A stretch of 64,000 bases of DNA from Thermodesulfobacteriota bacterium (GTDB taxonomy: Bacteria; Desulfobacterota; Desulfarculia; JACQYL01), in contig CAXXLZ010000001.1 of the NCBI GenBank assembly GCA_963675595.2, positions 1 to 64,000 on the forward strand, in the 5' to 3' direction. Each line of letters begins with the position of its first letter. Position 1 is the stretch's first letter. The translations under genes and the position numbers were made by a program. The notes beneath the pieces are model-generated. The model did no database searches, was not told the origin of the DNA, and worked only from the letters and a program-made list of their open reading frames with translations. Positions 43,775 through 53,100 of the stretch are shown piece after piece.

Positions 43775-44023
43775 TAAAACTCTCATAACTCCTGGACCAA
43801 AAACTGGGGGCTTGACACCTTGTTTCGGGAAATCCATCGTGTTCTCAAGCAAGGCGGATTTCTCGCGGTTATCGAGTGCAAGAAGGAAGAAACGCCCTTC
43901 GGCCCACCAATGGAACTGAGACGCTCTGCCCAAGACATAGAGGGGGCGATGACTCCGGGAGATTTCCTCAAAATCCGCTATGTGGACCTGGGAGTCACGT
44001 ATCTGATCCTGTTTGCCGCCGCC

Positions 44024-44170
44024 TAGACCGTTGAAAAGCACGATCTGCGGCGTTGCGCTTCATCCCTCGTCACTGCGACGTACTTCTATGTATGCCTTTC
44101 CTCGGGACTTGCCCCTCGCATCTCATCGTTTTTCGCCGGCCCTCGGCAACCGGCCCTTTTCATCGGACCG
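44024..44170 (-). repeat. Dispersed repeat family A copy (inverted)
   Basis: GATCTGCGGCGTTGCGCTTCATCCCTCGTCACTGCGACGTAC core. Confidence 0.75.
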
Positions 44171-44382
44171 TCGGCGGAATCTCGGACCCGGCGGCCGGGT
44201 GGGCTTACCAAGGATGGTTCGTCCATCTCTCCTTCCTTTCGGTCGTTTCCGCCGGATTCGGATTGCGCTTTCCGGCGCCCCGTACAATATTTCCGGGCGT
44301 ATGTGTTTCCCTGTGTGTCTTTCATAGTTGATGATATGTATAATTCAGGCTACATTGAGTCATATCCGCCCGGGAGGACCTG

Positions 44383-44901
44383 ATGGGCAAATTCGATTTC
44401 TCCGTCATTCGGAATCTCCGCAAGAAGTGGGGATTAACCGCAGAGGAACTGGCAAAGCGTTCGGGCCTGACGCGAGGGACCATCGCGAAGATTGAAGGAA
44501 AAGACGGCAATCCGACCATCGAAACCATTGAAGCGTTGAGTGCCGTCTTCCAGTTGTCGTCCAGCGAATTGATCCGCCTTGCGGAGACCGCTCAGTGCGA
44601 GGCCGGCGCGACTCAGCCTTTTAAAGGACAAGGGATCGACGGCGCTCACATCTGGTTTCCCAATTTCGAGGTCTATCACCTCCGTGGGGGGCGCGGTGTG
44701 CGGAAGGAATCGGATCCCAGGCATCACGAGAATACGGCCGAAGTGTGCCTGGTGCTTTCCGGCAAGGTGAGAGTCGTCGTCGGCGAACAAAGCCATGAAT
44801 TGGGACCCGGTATGGCGCTACGGTTCAAGGCCCTGCATGAGCACCACTTCGATTTTATTGAAGAATCCGAGATGCTGCTCATTCACCATGTCTCGGTTTG
44901 A
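44383..44901 (+). CDS. XRE-family HTH regulator with cupin domain
   Basis: IRNLRKKWGLTAEELAKRSGLTRGTIAKIE..NPTIETI; cupin HH..E..VLSG motif. Confidence 0.9.
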   Translation: MGKFDFSVIRNLRKKWGLTAEELAKRSGLTRGTIAKIEGKDGNPTIETIEALSAVFQLSSSELIRLAETAQCEAGATQPFKGQGIDGAHIWFPNFEVYHLRGGRGVRKESDPRHHENTAEVCLVLSGKVRVVVGEQSHELGPGMALRFKALHEHHFDFIEESEMLLIHHVSV

Positions 44902-45092
44902 TCCGGGACGCGAGGAGACGGAACCAACCACGATTTCTCTGCGTATTCATTGAAAAGCCGAAGCGCCCGCGTGCCGGAACGGAGAACCTTTGTCGCAGGC
45001 TCGGCAACCAAACGAGGACCACGAGGGTCGGCAGCCGCCAAGGCCCTGATCCGGGGGTCTTTTTTTTTATCCTTCTCGGGAAGGAGGGCGAA

Positions 45093-45761
45093 ATGGTCGA
45101 TAATCGAGAAGTGTTCGAAAGAATCTACAGGGACTATTTGGTGGAAGTGTCCGCCCTTGATTTGAATCGCATCAAGGAACGGCTCGGCGTGGAGCTGGAT
45201 GGGGAAACGGCGATTATCCCGTTCTACGGTGCGCCGTACCGGGTTTCTCCTGGAGGCATTGTCGATGATCAGGGGCGTCGACCGAATCATGCCGTGAGCG
45301 TGATCCTGTGCAAGTATCTGCTTCTGTGCCCGGAAAACGAACCGGTGGAGGGGGAGTGGGTGACTTACAGAGAGTTCAAGGATGCGCTTCCATTTGTCGG
45401 CGGGTTTGCTCAGAACACGGAGAGGCCCATCGGCCAAGGTTTTTCCGGCCGCATGGAACTGCTGAAGACAGCGTCGGAAGCCTTGTCGGGGCGACCGGCG
45501 GAAGAGGAAATCAGCGCCGACCTCGTTTTGAAATTCGAGGTCCTGCCCAAAATCCCCTTGTTGATGCTGTTCAACGATCGTGACGAGGATTTCCCGTCCA
45601 ATTGTTCGTTGTTGTTCCGGAGAAGCGCGGCGGAGTACCTGGACATGGAATGCCTCGCCATGGTCGGTTGGGTACTGTCCGACCGATTGAAAGTATGGCT
45701 GCCGGACCGATCGTCGGCGCCATCCGATTTGGCGATGTCCGTGGGCGCCGAGGATTCTTGA
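45093..45761 (+). CDS. DUF3786-family protein
   Basis: ILCKYLL..WVTYREF..LPKIPL..DEDFP..LLF..YLDMECL pattern. Confidence 0.8.
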   Translation: MVDNREVFERIYRDYLVEVSALDLNRIKERLGVELDGETAIIPFYGAPYRVSPGGIVDDQGRRPNHAVSVILCKYLLLCPENEPVEGEWVTYREFKDALPFVGGFAQNTERPIGQGFSGRMELLKTASEALSGRPAEEEISADLVLKFEVLPKIPLLMLFNDRDEDFPSNCSLLFRRSAAEYLDMECLAMVGWVLSDRLKVWLPDRSSAPSDLAMSVGAEDS

Positions 45762-45820
45762 CGAAACCCTGAGACTCCTCGGCGGAGAGGGCCTCCCTGA
45801 AGATGCCCGACCGGGCGCCG

Positions 45821-46615
45821 CTAACCGTTACGGTTTTTCAGTCTGAATGCCGCCAAGAGGATATACAGGCCGATCCATACGGCATAAGAGACCAAGAACA
45901 AGGTGGTTACCGGGTTTGCGGCGAGGGAAAAGGCTCCCCCGACCCGGGCGTCCGGCCCCTCTCCCTCCCGGTAGAAATCCGTCAGGGTCAAACGAACGTT
46001 TTGTCCCACCAAGGGTTCCAGCATGCGGATCGTGCCGGCCAGAACTTGTTCTTCTCCGAGGAACACCGAAACTTCGGCGTGGTCTTCTTTGGGGTGGAAT
46101 GTATCTCGCGTCAGAATTCTTCTTGAGGGCCGGTAGGGATAGTTGAGCAGGGCCGGATCATCTTTGAATTCAAGACCGCGGAGTTCGATCCGGTATTCGC
46201 CGGCTTGTCCGTTGGATCCTGGAAGAAGCCGGACGTTTTCCGCTTTGGTTCCAAAAGCCATTTGCGAGAGGTGCCCCAAAAGAACGAGCACCATGATGAG
46301 ATGAATGAGCACGAGGAGCCGCCCCGAACCTCGCCGGGTCCCGGTCATTCTCGGGATCAACCGTGTCCACGTGCAGCAGATCAAGTTCACCACCATGATT
46401 CCCGCCGCAGCGCAAAGTCCGAGGAACCAAGTCGCGGCCACCGGAGTTTTCCAGGCCGAGTTCATGATCCAATCTCTGACCAGTTCTCCATTCATGGCGT
46501 CGAGCCCCGGCCGAAGGGCCGGAATGTAACTGGTTATTGCGCCCAACCCGAACCAAACGGCCAGGAAAGTCAAAGCCCAAAAGGACAGCGTCAACGAAGA
46601 GAGGCGGTTGATCAT
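45821..46615 (-). CDS. Short ResB/CcsB-like membrane protein
   Basis: VNLICCTWTR and LIHLIMVLVLLGH transmembrane motifs; ATGA overlap with the upstream gene. Confidence 0.65.
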   Translation of the reverse strand: MINRLSSLTLSFWALTFLAVWFGLGAITSYIPALRPGLDAMNGELVRDWIMNSAWKTPVAATWFLGLCAAAGIMVVNLICCTWTRLIPRMTGTRRGSGRLLVLIHLIMVLVLLGHLSQMAFGTKAENVRLLPGSNGQAGEYRIELRGLEFKDDPALLNYPYRPSRRILTRDTFHPKEDHAEVSVFLGEEQVLAGTIRMLEPLVGQNVRLTLTDFYREGEGPDARVGGAFSLAANPVTTLFLVSYAVWIGLYILLAAFRLKNRNG

Positions 46616-47361
46616 AAGTTCTCCAAAAGGTGCGCCGCGTAAAGAATGGCTGGAAAGCAGCCCGCGATTGCGATGGCCCATGCCCTGGCTCGGGGGTTGG
46701 ACGACCAACGGACCGGCAGATGAAGTACGACGGTGATTCCCAGAAATACCGTGGTGGCCTCCAGGAAGTTTCGCCCCCAGCGCCAGTAGTCGCCCAACCA
46801 GTTGAGAGCCCAAGTGAACCCGCAGAACTCGCCGGCCAGGAAAAGCCCCGTACCGGCTACCAAGTGGTTCACGGCCCGTTTGCGTGCGCACCGCGCCGCC
46901 GCTTCATCAACGGCAGGCAACAGAGAGCCGCCGGCCGTGAGACCGGAAAAGAGGATGACCGCCACCGAAGCCCTTCTCAACAAGAAGAAGCATCGAGCCC
47001 AGGTGTAGTCGTACATGAACCAGGCCGGATATGGGGTACGATCAGCGAACAGCAGGAGGCTCAGGAGCAAGGAAACGGCGGTCCATACGAGCCGATCCAG
47101 TCGGACCGTTTTGAGGGCGCCGCCCGACCGCAACATGCCCAGAAGACCCAAAATGAAGGCCATGAACATCATGGGTTCGATGGCTCCGGCCACAGGCGGG
47201 CGTTTGGTCTTCGCATACAGAAGGACCAGGGTAAGGAAGATGCTTGTGAGCGCAGCTAAACCCAACCAGGGCGTGAGTCGCTTCAAGCGCATCCAACCTG
47301 ATGCCGCGGCGGCTATGCTGAGCACAAGCGCTGCAAAATAGGCAACTTCGAGAAAAGGCAA
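46612..47361 (-). CDS. Divergent CcsA/ResC-like (WWD-domain) membrane protein
   Basis: RPPVAGAIE, WALNWLGDYWRWG (WWD-like) and VVLHLP; TTG start after GGAAGGAG. Confidence 0.7.
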   Translation of the reverse strand: MPFLEVAYFAALVLSIAAAASGWMRLKRLTPWLGLAALTSIFLTLVLLYAKTKRPPVAGAIEPMMFMAFILGLLGMLRSGGALKTVRLDRLVWTAVSLLLSLLLFADRTPYPAWFMYDYTWARCFFLLRRASVAVILFSGLTAGGSLLPAVDEAAARCARKRAVNHLVAGTGLFLAGEFCGFTWALNWLGDYWRWGRNFLEATTVFLGITVVLHLPVRWSSNPRARAWAIAIAGCFPAILYAAHLLENL

Positions 47362-47453
47362 GATGAAGACTCCTTCCGGAAGATAGAAGAAAGGAGGAGG
47401 GTTGCGTGACGCGCCCTTCCACCATTGTTTGGGGGGAGCGAAACCCGTGCCGA

Positions 47454-47613
47454 CGGCCCGTTCAAACGGGCCGGTTTCGGAAGGCCGGAGAAAAACGACG
47501 ACGCTCAAAACGCGGCGGCCTTGAGCAATGCATCGTTTGGAAAGCATGTTGCAGCAGCGATGGATGAAGCGCAATTCGCTTGGCTAGGGCGGATTGCGCC
47601 TTTCAACAGCCTG
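47454..47613 (+). repeat. Dispersed repeat family A copy
   Basis: GGGCCGGTT..AAAAACGACGA..GGATGAAGCGCAA..TTTCAACAGCCTG. Confidence 0.65.
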
Positions 47614-47648
47614 TTGGACGGGTTATGCTCGTTGAACGGCGACGTTGG

Positions 47649-49730
47649 TCAGAATCGCGCGATCAGACCGATCCGCCATTCCCGTCCGGGTCCGGGAAAG
47701 TCCACTTCGGACTCGTAGTCTTTGTCAAAGATGTTGTTCACGCCTGCATAGGCTTCGAAGTATTCGAAGAACTCCCTGGACACACGCGCGTTAAGAATAA
47801 AGTAACCGTCGGTCTTCTCCCCTTCGAGGTCGGGATTCGCCGGCGTGGGCAGTTGATCGTAGCGTTCTCCCACGGCGAGGCCTTGGAGGTCCAGCTTGGT
47901 CAAGACTAGGGGGATGAGGTAGCTTGCCCCAACGTCCAGCTTGTGCTCCGGAACGCGTAGGACTTTGTCCGTGGCCCGATCGTCGCTTTCATCGCGGGCT
48001 ACGGTGTAGGTGTAATCCAATCGGAAGATCAGTTCCTTGAGAGGACTCCAGACGAGCCCGGCTTCCATTCCATAAAGGTGGACCTTTCCATAATTCTGGA
48101 ATTGGGACGTGGGATTATTGGGGCCGTCGCGACTGATCCAGTCACTGATATCCATGTAGAAGCCGGCCAACCGGATGTCGATTTGATCGAAGAAACGCCT
48201 GCCGACGCCGAGGTTATAATTGATGCTCGTCTCCGCTTCCAGCTCCGGGTTCCCTCCCTTGGTGCTGTAAAGCTCCTGCAAGGTGGGAAATCGGGTCTTC
48301 CGTCCAACGGATCCGAAAATTCGCGTCGTATCGGAGAACGTGTAACTCGCCCCGACCATGGGGTTCCATTCCGATTTGGTTCCCGGAGTATCAAGGTCTT
48401 GCTGCTTCGTGAGGTTGCCGTCCTTGTCCGTGAGATTTTCTTCAGCCCTGTCCACCTGATACCAATCGTACCCCATTCCCGCGACCACCATCAGGCCCGG
48501 AACGGCGGTGAATCGGTACTCGATCCCCGAGGAACCCGTGTAGGAGAATGATTCGGCATAGGGCAGGTACTCGTCGTCCCGTTCCTTGTGGGAGTCCCCT
48601 TTGAAGTGGAAGGCCGCGGCCAGCATGTGGCCGTCCAGCACGTTGTATTCCGCCGTGAGGTTGCCTCCGGCGAAATAGTCCTTGTAACGGCTGTGTGCGA
48701 TGGCATCGGTGAAGTTTGCGTCCGAGTAGGAAACGTACAAGTCCTCGTGGTTGTGGTAGAAGAGTTTGCCTTTGAGGGTGAGCTTTTCGCTCAAAGCCCG
48801 ACGGCCGCTCAGGTCCACTCCCATGTCGTCATAGTCTTCCCAGCGGGACAGCCTGGAGAAGGCGGGTCGACTTGTGAACACCATTTCGCTGCTGATGTTC
48901 GGCGGCATGCCCCGATCGGCGTTGATCCAGTGGAAGTTGGCAAAGTACTCGCCGTCGTCGGATTCGTATCCCACCCGAGACCATATGCTGTCCACGCGGT
49001 AATCCGAGTTGTTTCTGTAACCCCCGTCTTCCAGGAGCGCTTCCTCGGTACCCCCGGGTTTGTATACGATGCCGCCCATTTCCGGTGCGTAGTCGCCGGA
49101 CATCCGCCACCCGTCGCTTGCTCTTCGGGTGTAATTGAGAAAGTAGTTCCAGTTTCCGATCTTCATGCCGTGGGAAACGCCGGCACGATAGGTGCCGTGC
49201 TCGCCCGCTTCGCCGATGAGCATAAAGGAGGGCTTTTCGCTCGCGGCCTTTTTGGTTACGACATTGATCACGCCGGCGAGGGCGTTGGGACCATAGAGGA
49301 CGGAAGAGGCGCCTTTAATGATTTCGATTCTGGAAATGATGTCGGCTGGAATCTGGTCCAGGTTCAGCCGGTGGTACTTGGTTTCGTAATAAGGAACGCC
49401 GTCGATGAGAATCGCGGCTTTTTCCTGCGCCAAGCCGTAAATTTGCACCTGAGGTTCATTACGTCGGTTGGTGGTGACCAGAACACCCGGGGCGAACGCC
49501 AGGGCCTCGGCTACGGTGGTGCTGTTTGTGGCACGTACTTGTTCCTCGGTGACGATGTCGTGGATCACCACTTCTCTATCGTCGGGTCGATCTGCTGAAA
49601 CCAGGAGTTCTCCGAGGTAATAGGGTTCGAAACCCGCCTTCTCGGTATCCTGGGCGGAAGCCGGTCCTACGGCCGATAAAAGGATGATGAGCAGACTGAG
49701 GAGGAGGATCTTGGGGCATTCGGGGCGCAT
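47649..49730 (-). CDS. TonB-dependent outer-membrane receptor
   Basis: Signal peptide; plug ILIDGVP..IEIIKGASSVLYGPNALAGVINVVTKK; C-terminal GVNNIFDKDY..PGREWRIGLIARF. Confidence 0.95.
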   Translation of the reverse strand: MRPECPKILLLSLLIILLSAVGPASAQDTEKAGFEPYYLGELLVSADRPDDREVVIHDIVTEEQVRATNSTTVAEALAFAPGVLVTTNRRNEPQVQIYGLAQEKAAILIDGVPYYETKYHRLNLDQIPADIISRIEIIKGASSVLYGPNALAGVINVVTKKAASEKPSFMLIGEAGEHGTYRAGVSHGMKIGNWNYFLNYTRRASDGWRMSGDYAPEMGGIVYKPGGTEEALLEDGGYRNNSDYRVDSIWSRVGYESDDGEYFANFHWINADRGMPPNISSEMVFTSRPAFSRLSRWEDYDDMGVDLSGRRALSEKLTLKGKLFYHNHEDLYVSYSDANFTDAIAHSRYKDYFAGGNLTAEYNVLDGHMLAAAFHFKGDSHKERDDEYLPYAESFSYTGSSGIEYRFTAVPGLMVVAGMGYDWYQVDRAEENLTDKDGNLTKQQDLDTPGTKSEWNPMVGASYTFSDTTRIFGSVGRKTRFPTLQELYSTKGGNPELEAETSINYNLGVGRRFFDQIDIRLAGFYMDISDWISRDGPNNPTSQFQNYGKVHLYGMEAGLVWSPLKELIFRLDYTYTVARDESDDRATDKVLRVPEHKLDVGASYLIPLVLTKLDLQGLAVGERYDQLPTPANPDLEGEKTDGYFILNARVSREFFEYFEAYAGVNNIFDKDYESEVDFPGPGREWRIGLIARF

Positions 49731-49765
49731 TATGAGTTCTCCTTGCCGGTGGGAATCCGGACTGA

Positions 49766-49859
49766 TATATTTTTAAAAATATACCGACGGTGCGGAAAAA
49801 GCCGCTGAAAAGCGGCCGACGACATGGTTATTTATATTTTTAAAAATATATCGAGTCAA
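49766..49859 (-). promoter_or_regulatory. Promoter with two identical 18-bp palindromic operators TATATTTTTAAAAATATA
   Basis: Copies at 49766-49783 and 49833-49850; minus-strand TTGACT-17-TATAAA overlaps the second. Confidence 0.8.
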
Positions 49860-50148
49860 GGAAAACCGTGTCGCGGATTTCCCTCGGAGGAAGGACTCGG
49901 GCAACTTCCCGTGTTTATTAAGTATAACCTTTCCTCCCTCTTCATTACCGATCTCTTTTGAGCATGCCCTTGCGGAACCGGGAAAAACGCGATATATTTA
50001 AATCTAACGTAATGAAATGCTCATTTCCGGGATCTCTTGCCGGTAGTCTTCCGCAGCGATTTTTAGCTTGTCTGTCGGTCGAAGCATCTGAAGGTCGTTT
50101 CTCCATCCCCGGGATATCGTCGACGGTTTCTCCCGTCAAAGGTGAGCC

Positions 50149-53100
50149 GTGATGAACCCAACGAACACAAGACGTGTCGCCTTGGCGGTTCGAACCACAC
50201 GTGTCTGCGGCGCCCTCGCGGTAGTCTCGGGGGTCGCGGCCTTTCTGTGGCGGCTCGCCGGGCTTCCTCCTTTGGGCACCTTCGGGCCCGACAGGATGCC
50301 CATGGCTTCCGGCACGACCCTGCTTTTCGTGCTGTTCGGCGGTGTGGCGTTTTTCCTTCCTCTCATGAGGAAAAGCCGGCGCCTGCGAAGAATCGGCGCC
50401 GCATGCGCGGTGGTGGGAGTCACGGCCGCGCTGGTGCTGCTGGTCTGCTACTTCCTGGACATTCATCCCGAATTCGAGCATTGGGCATTTTCCCCTACGG
50501 AGGCGACGGGCGCTTCGCCCAAGGGACTCATGTCTCCGCTGACGGCCTTCTGCTTTTTGATTGCGGGAGGGGCGTTCCTATCCCATCTAATTTCCTCCGG
50601 GCGAAGTCCGACCGCAAAGATCTCTTTTCTGCTTTCCTGTTTTCTGCTTCTATTGAGCATGACGTTTATCGCCGCTTACGTCATGGGGAGCCCCCTTTTG
50701 TACGGCAGCGGCGTTCTCCCGCCGGCTTTGCCCACGTCTTTGACTTTCCTGTTTCTTGGGGCGGCTCTCCTTCCGCCCACCGTGGAACGACTCCGGTCGT
50801 CGGAGCCGAAGGGGGACGTTTCGAGAAGGCGGGTCGCCTATGGCCTCATTCTGATTTTTGTCATGTCTGCCGCGGGGATTGTCCTTGCGGGCGATCTCTA
50901 CTTTCGGAGTTACACCGCACGGTTCCGAGCCGAAGTGGAAGGGGCGCTGGCTGCGGTGGCGGACATGAAGGTCCGAGAACTGGTGCATTGGCGAAAAGAG
51001 CGAATGGGAGACGCCGCCGTATTTTTCGACAACCCGGATTTTTCCGAATTGGTGCGGCGCTACCTCGACGATCCAAAAAACTCGGACGCGAAAGGCCGAA
51101 TTCAGGTCTGGTTGGACGCCGTTCGGGATTCCGGCCGCTACGACAGGGTTTCCCTGCTGGATGTGGTCGGCCATGATCGCATCAATTCTCCGGCCACGCC
51201 CGACTCGGTAATCCCGCACCCGGCCCACGACGTGTCCGCGGTGCTGCATTCCGACCGAGTCTCCTTCCTGGACTTCCACCGACATACTCCCAATGGACCC
51301 ATTTGCCTGGCCGTTATGGCCCCCATAATCGACGTTTCTGAAAACAGGCGGCCCTTGGGCGTTCTTGTCTTCCGCATCGATCCGGGGGAATACCTGTATC
51401 CCTTGATTCGTCGCTGGCCCACGCCGGCCAAGACTGCGGAAACCCTTTTGGTCCGCCGCGAGGGAGATGACGTCCTTTTTCTCAACGACTTGAAGTTCAG
51501 AGACAACGCCGCCTTCAATCTGCGCTTCTCCGTTGATTTGCCCGATCTGCCGGCGGCGAGGGCGGTCCGCGGTGAAGAAGGTGCGGTAGAGGGCAAAGAC
51601 TACCGAGATGTGCCCGTAGTGGCGGCCATACGAGCGATTCCGGGCTCCCCGTGGTTCTTGGTGGCCCGTATGGATCGGTCGGAAGTGTATGCTCCCGCCA
51701 GGGAGCGTTTGTGGATCGTCATCGTGATCGTCGGTCTTCTGTTGCTCGCGTCGGGGGTCAGTGTAGGCGCCCTGTGGCGCTATCAAAGTACGCGGTTCGA
51801 GCGGGAACGTATGGAGTCGGCGGAGGCTCTGGAACGCTCGGAAACGACCATCAGAGCGATCTTCGACGGCGCCAGAGACGGCATCTTGACGGCGGACGCA
51901 AAGACCGGGAAGTTCATTGCGGCCAACGAGGCGATTTGCCGAATGCTCGGTTATTCGCGAGAAGAACTGTTCGCGCTCGGTGTGGAGGACATCCATCCCG
52001 TGGAACAAATTCCATATGTTCTCGATCAGTTCCGGAGGCTGATGGAAGGGGAGATCACTTTTGCCGCCGACATTCCGGTGCAACGCGAGGATGGCTCCCT
52101 ATTCTTTGCCGAAGTCGGCGCAACGCCTGTGGAACTCGACGGACGCCTGTGCCTGATCGGGATATTCAGAGACGCCACGGATCGCAGGCTCGCCGAATCC
52201 CGCATTTTGCATCTCAACGCGGTGCTGCGAGGTGTCAGGAGCGTGAACCGACTGATCACGCGGGAAAAGGATCGGGAGGGTCTGATCAGGCAAGCCTGTG
52301 ATCTGCTTGTGGAAGCCAGGGGATTTCACTCCGTGGTGATCGGCTTGACGGAAGACGACGGCGATGGAATTTCAGCTTACGCAGCGGCGGGAGACGTACC
52401 GGAGTCGCTCCGGGAGCTGCTCGAACGTGGGGAAAAGCCGGAGCTGCCCCTGGAAGCCATGGCGGGCGGGGAGGTAGCGCCTTTCAGAAGTCGAAGGGAT
52501 CCCTTTTCCGAGACGGACGATTCGGATTGCGGAGAGGATGACGCGGTGGCCGTTGGTCTTGAGCAAGGCGGCAAGATTTTGGGCTTTATGTTGGCGTATC
52601 TTCCCGAGGGCATCAAAGATGATCCGGAGGAGCAGTACCTTCTGCGGGAAGCGGCCGGTGACATTGCCTTCGCATTGCGCGGAATAGAGATTGAGGCCGA
52701 ACGAGACCATTCGGCCGCGGCACTGGCGGACCGAGAAGAACAGCTTCGGCAGGCACAAAAACTGGAGGCCGTCGGCCGTTTGGCCGGAGGCGTGGCCCAC
52801 GATTTCAACAATCTCCTCACGTTGATCCTGGGCTATGCGGATGCCGTGATGCAGGAACTCCACACCGACGATACGCTACGAGAGGATGTCGAACAGATAC
52901 TGCACGCTGCGCGGCGCGCTACGAGTCTGACCACTCGGCTTCTGGCGTTCAGCAGGAAGCAGACTCTGCAACCGGAGATTCTCGATCTGAATGAAGTTGT
53001 GGCGAATGTGGAGAAGATGCTCCGGCGGCTCATCGGTGAAGACATCGAGTTGCGCACGGTTCACGCCGAGGGTTTGGGCAAAGTGAAAGCCGATCCGGGT

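Larger units (their letters stand above)
42520..43817 (+). mobile_element. IS3-family insertion sequence, complete
   Basis: TG..CA ends with imperfect inverted repeats (TGGAATGCCCCCC..TGGTCCA / TGGACCA..GGGGGCTTGACA); 4-bp target duplication CCTT. Confidence 0.95.
42125..44026 (+). pseudogene. Class I SAM methyltransferase interrupted by IS3
   Basis: FLDAGCGPG motif; removing the IS restores in-frame KHANA-LFREIHRVLKQGG. Confidence 0.9.

Noticed and set aside
44940-45070. SAM-I riboswitch before DUF3786 (CGGCAACC plus a T-tailed hairpin)
   Set aside because: The other SAM-I core motifs are missing; it fits an internally deleted repeat A copy plus an ordinary terminator.
48588-52083. Long antisense ORFs (e.g. 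48588-49598, 50650-52083; also 20558-21751)
   Set aside because: Shadow frames of well-supported genes on the opposite strand.
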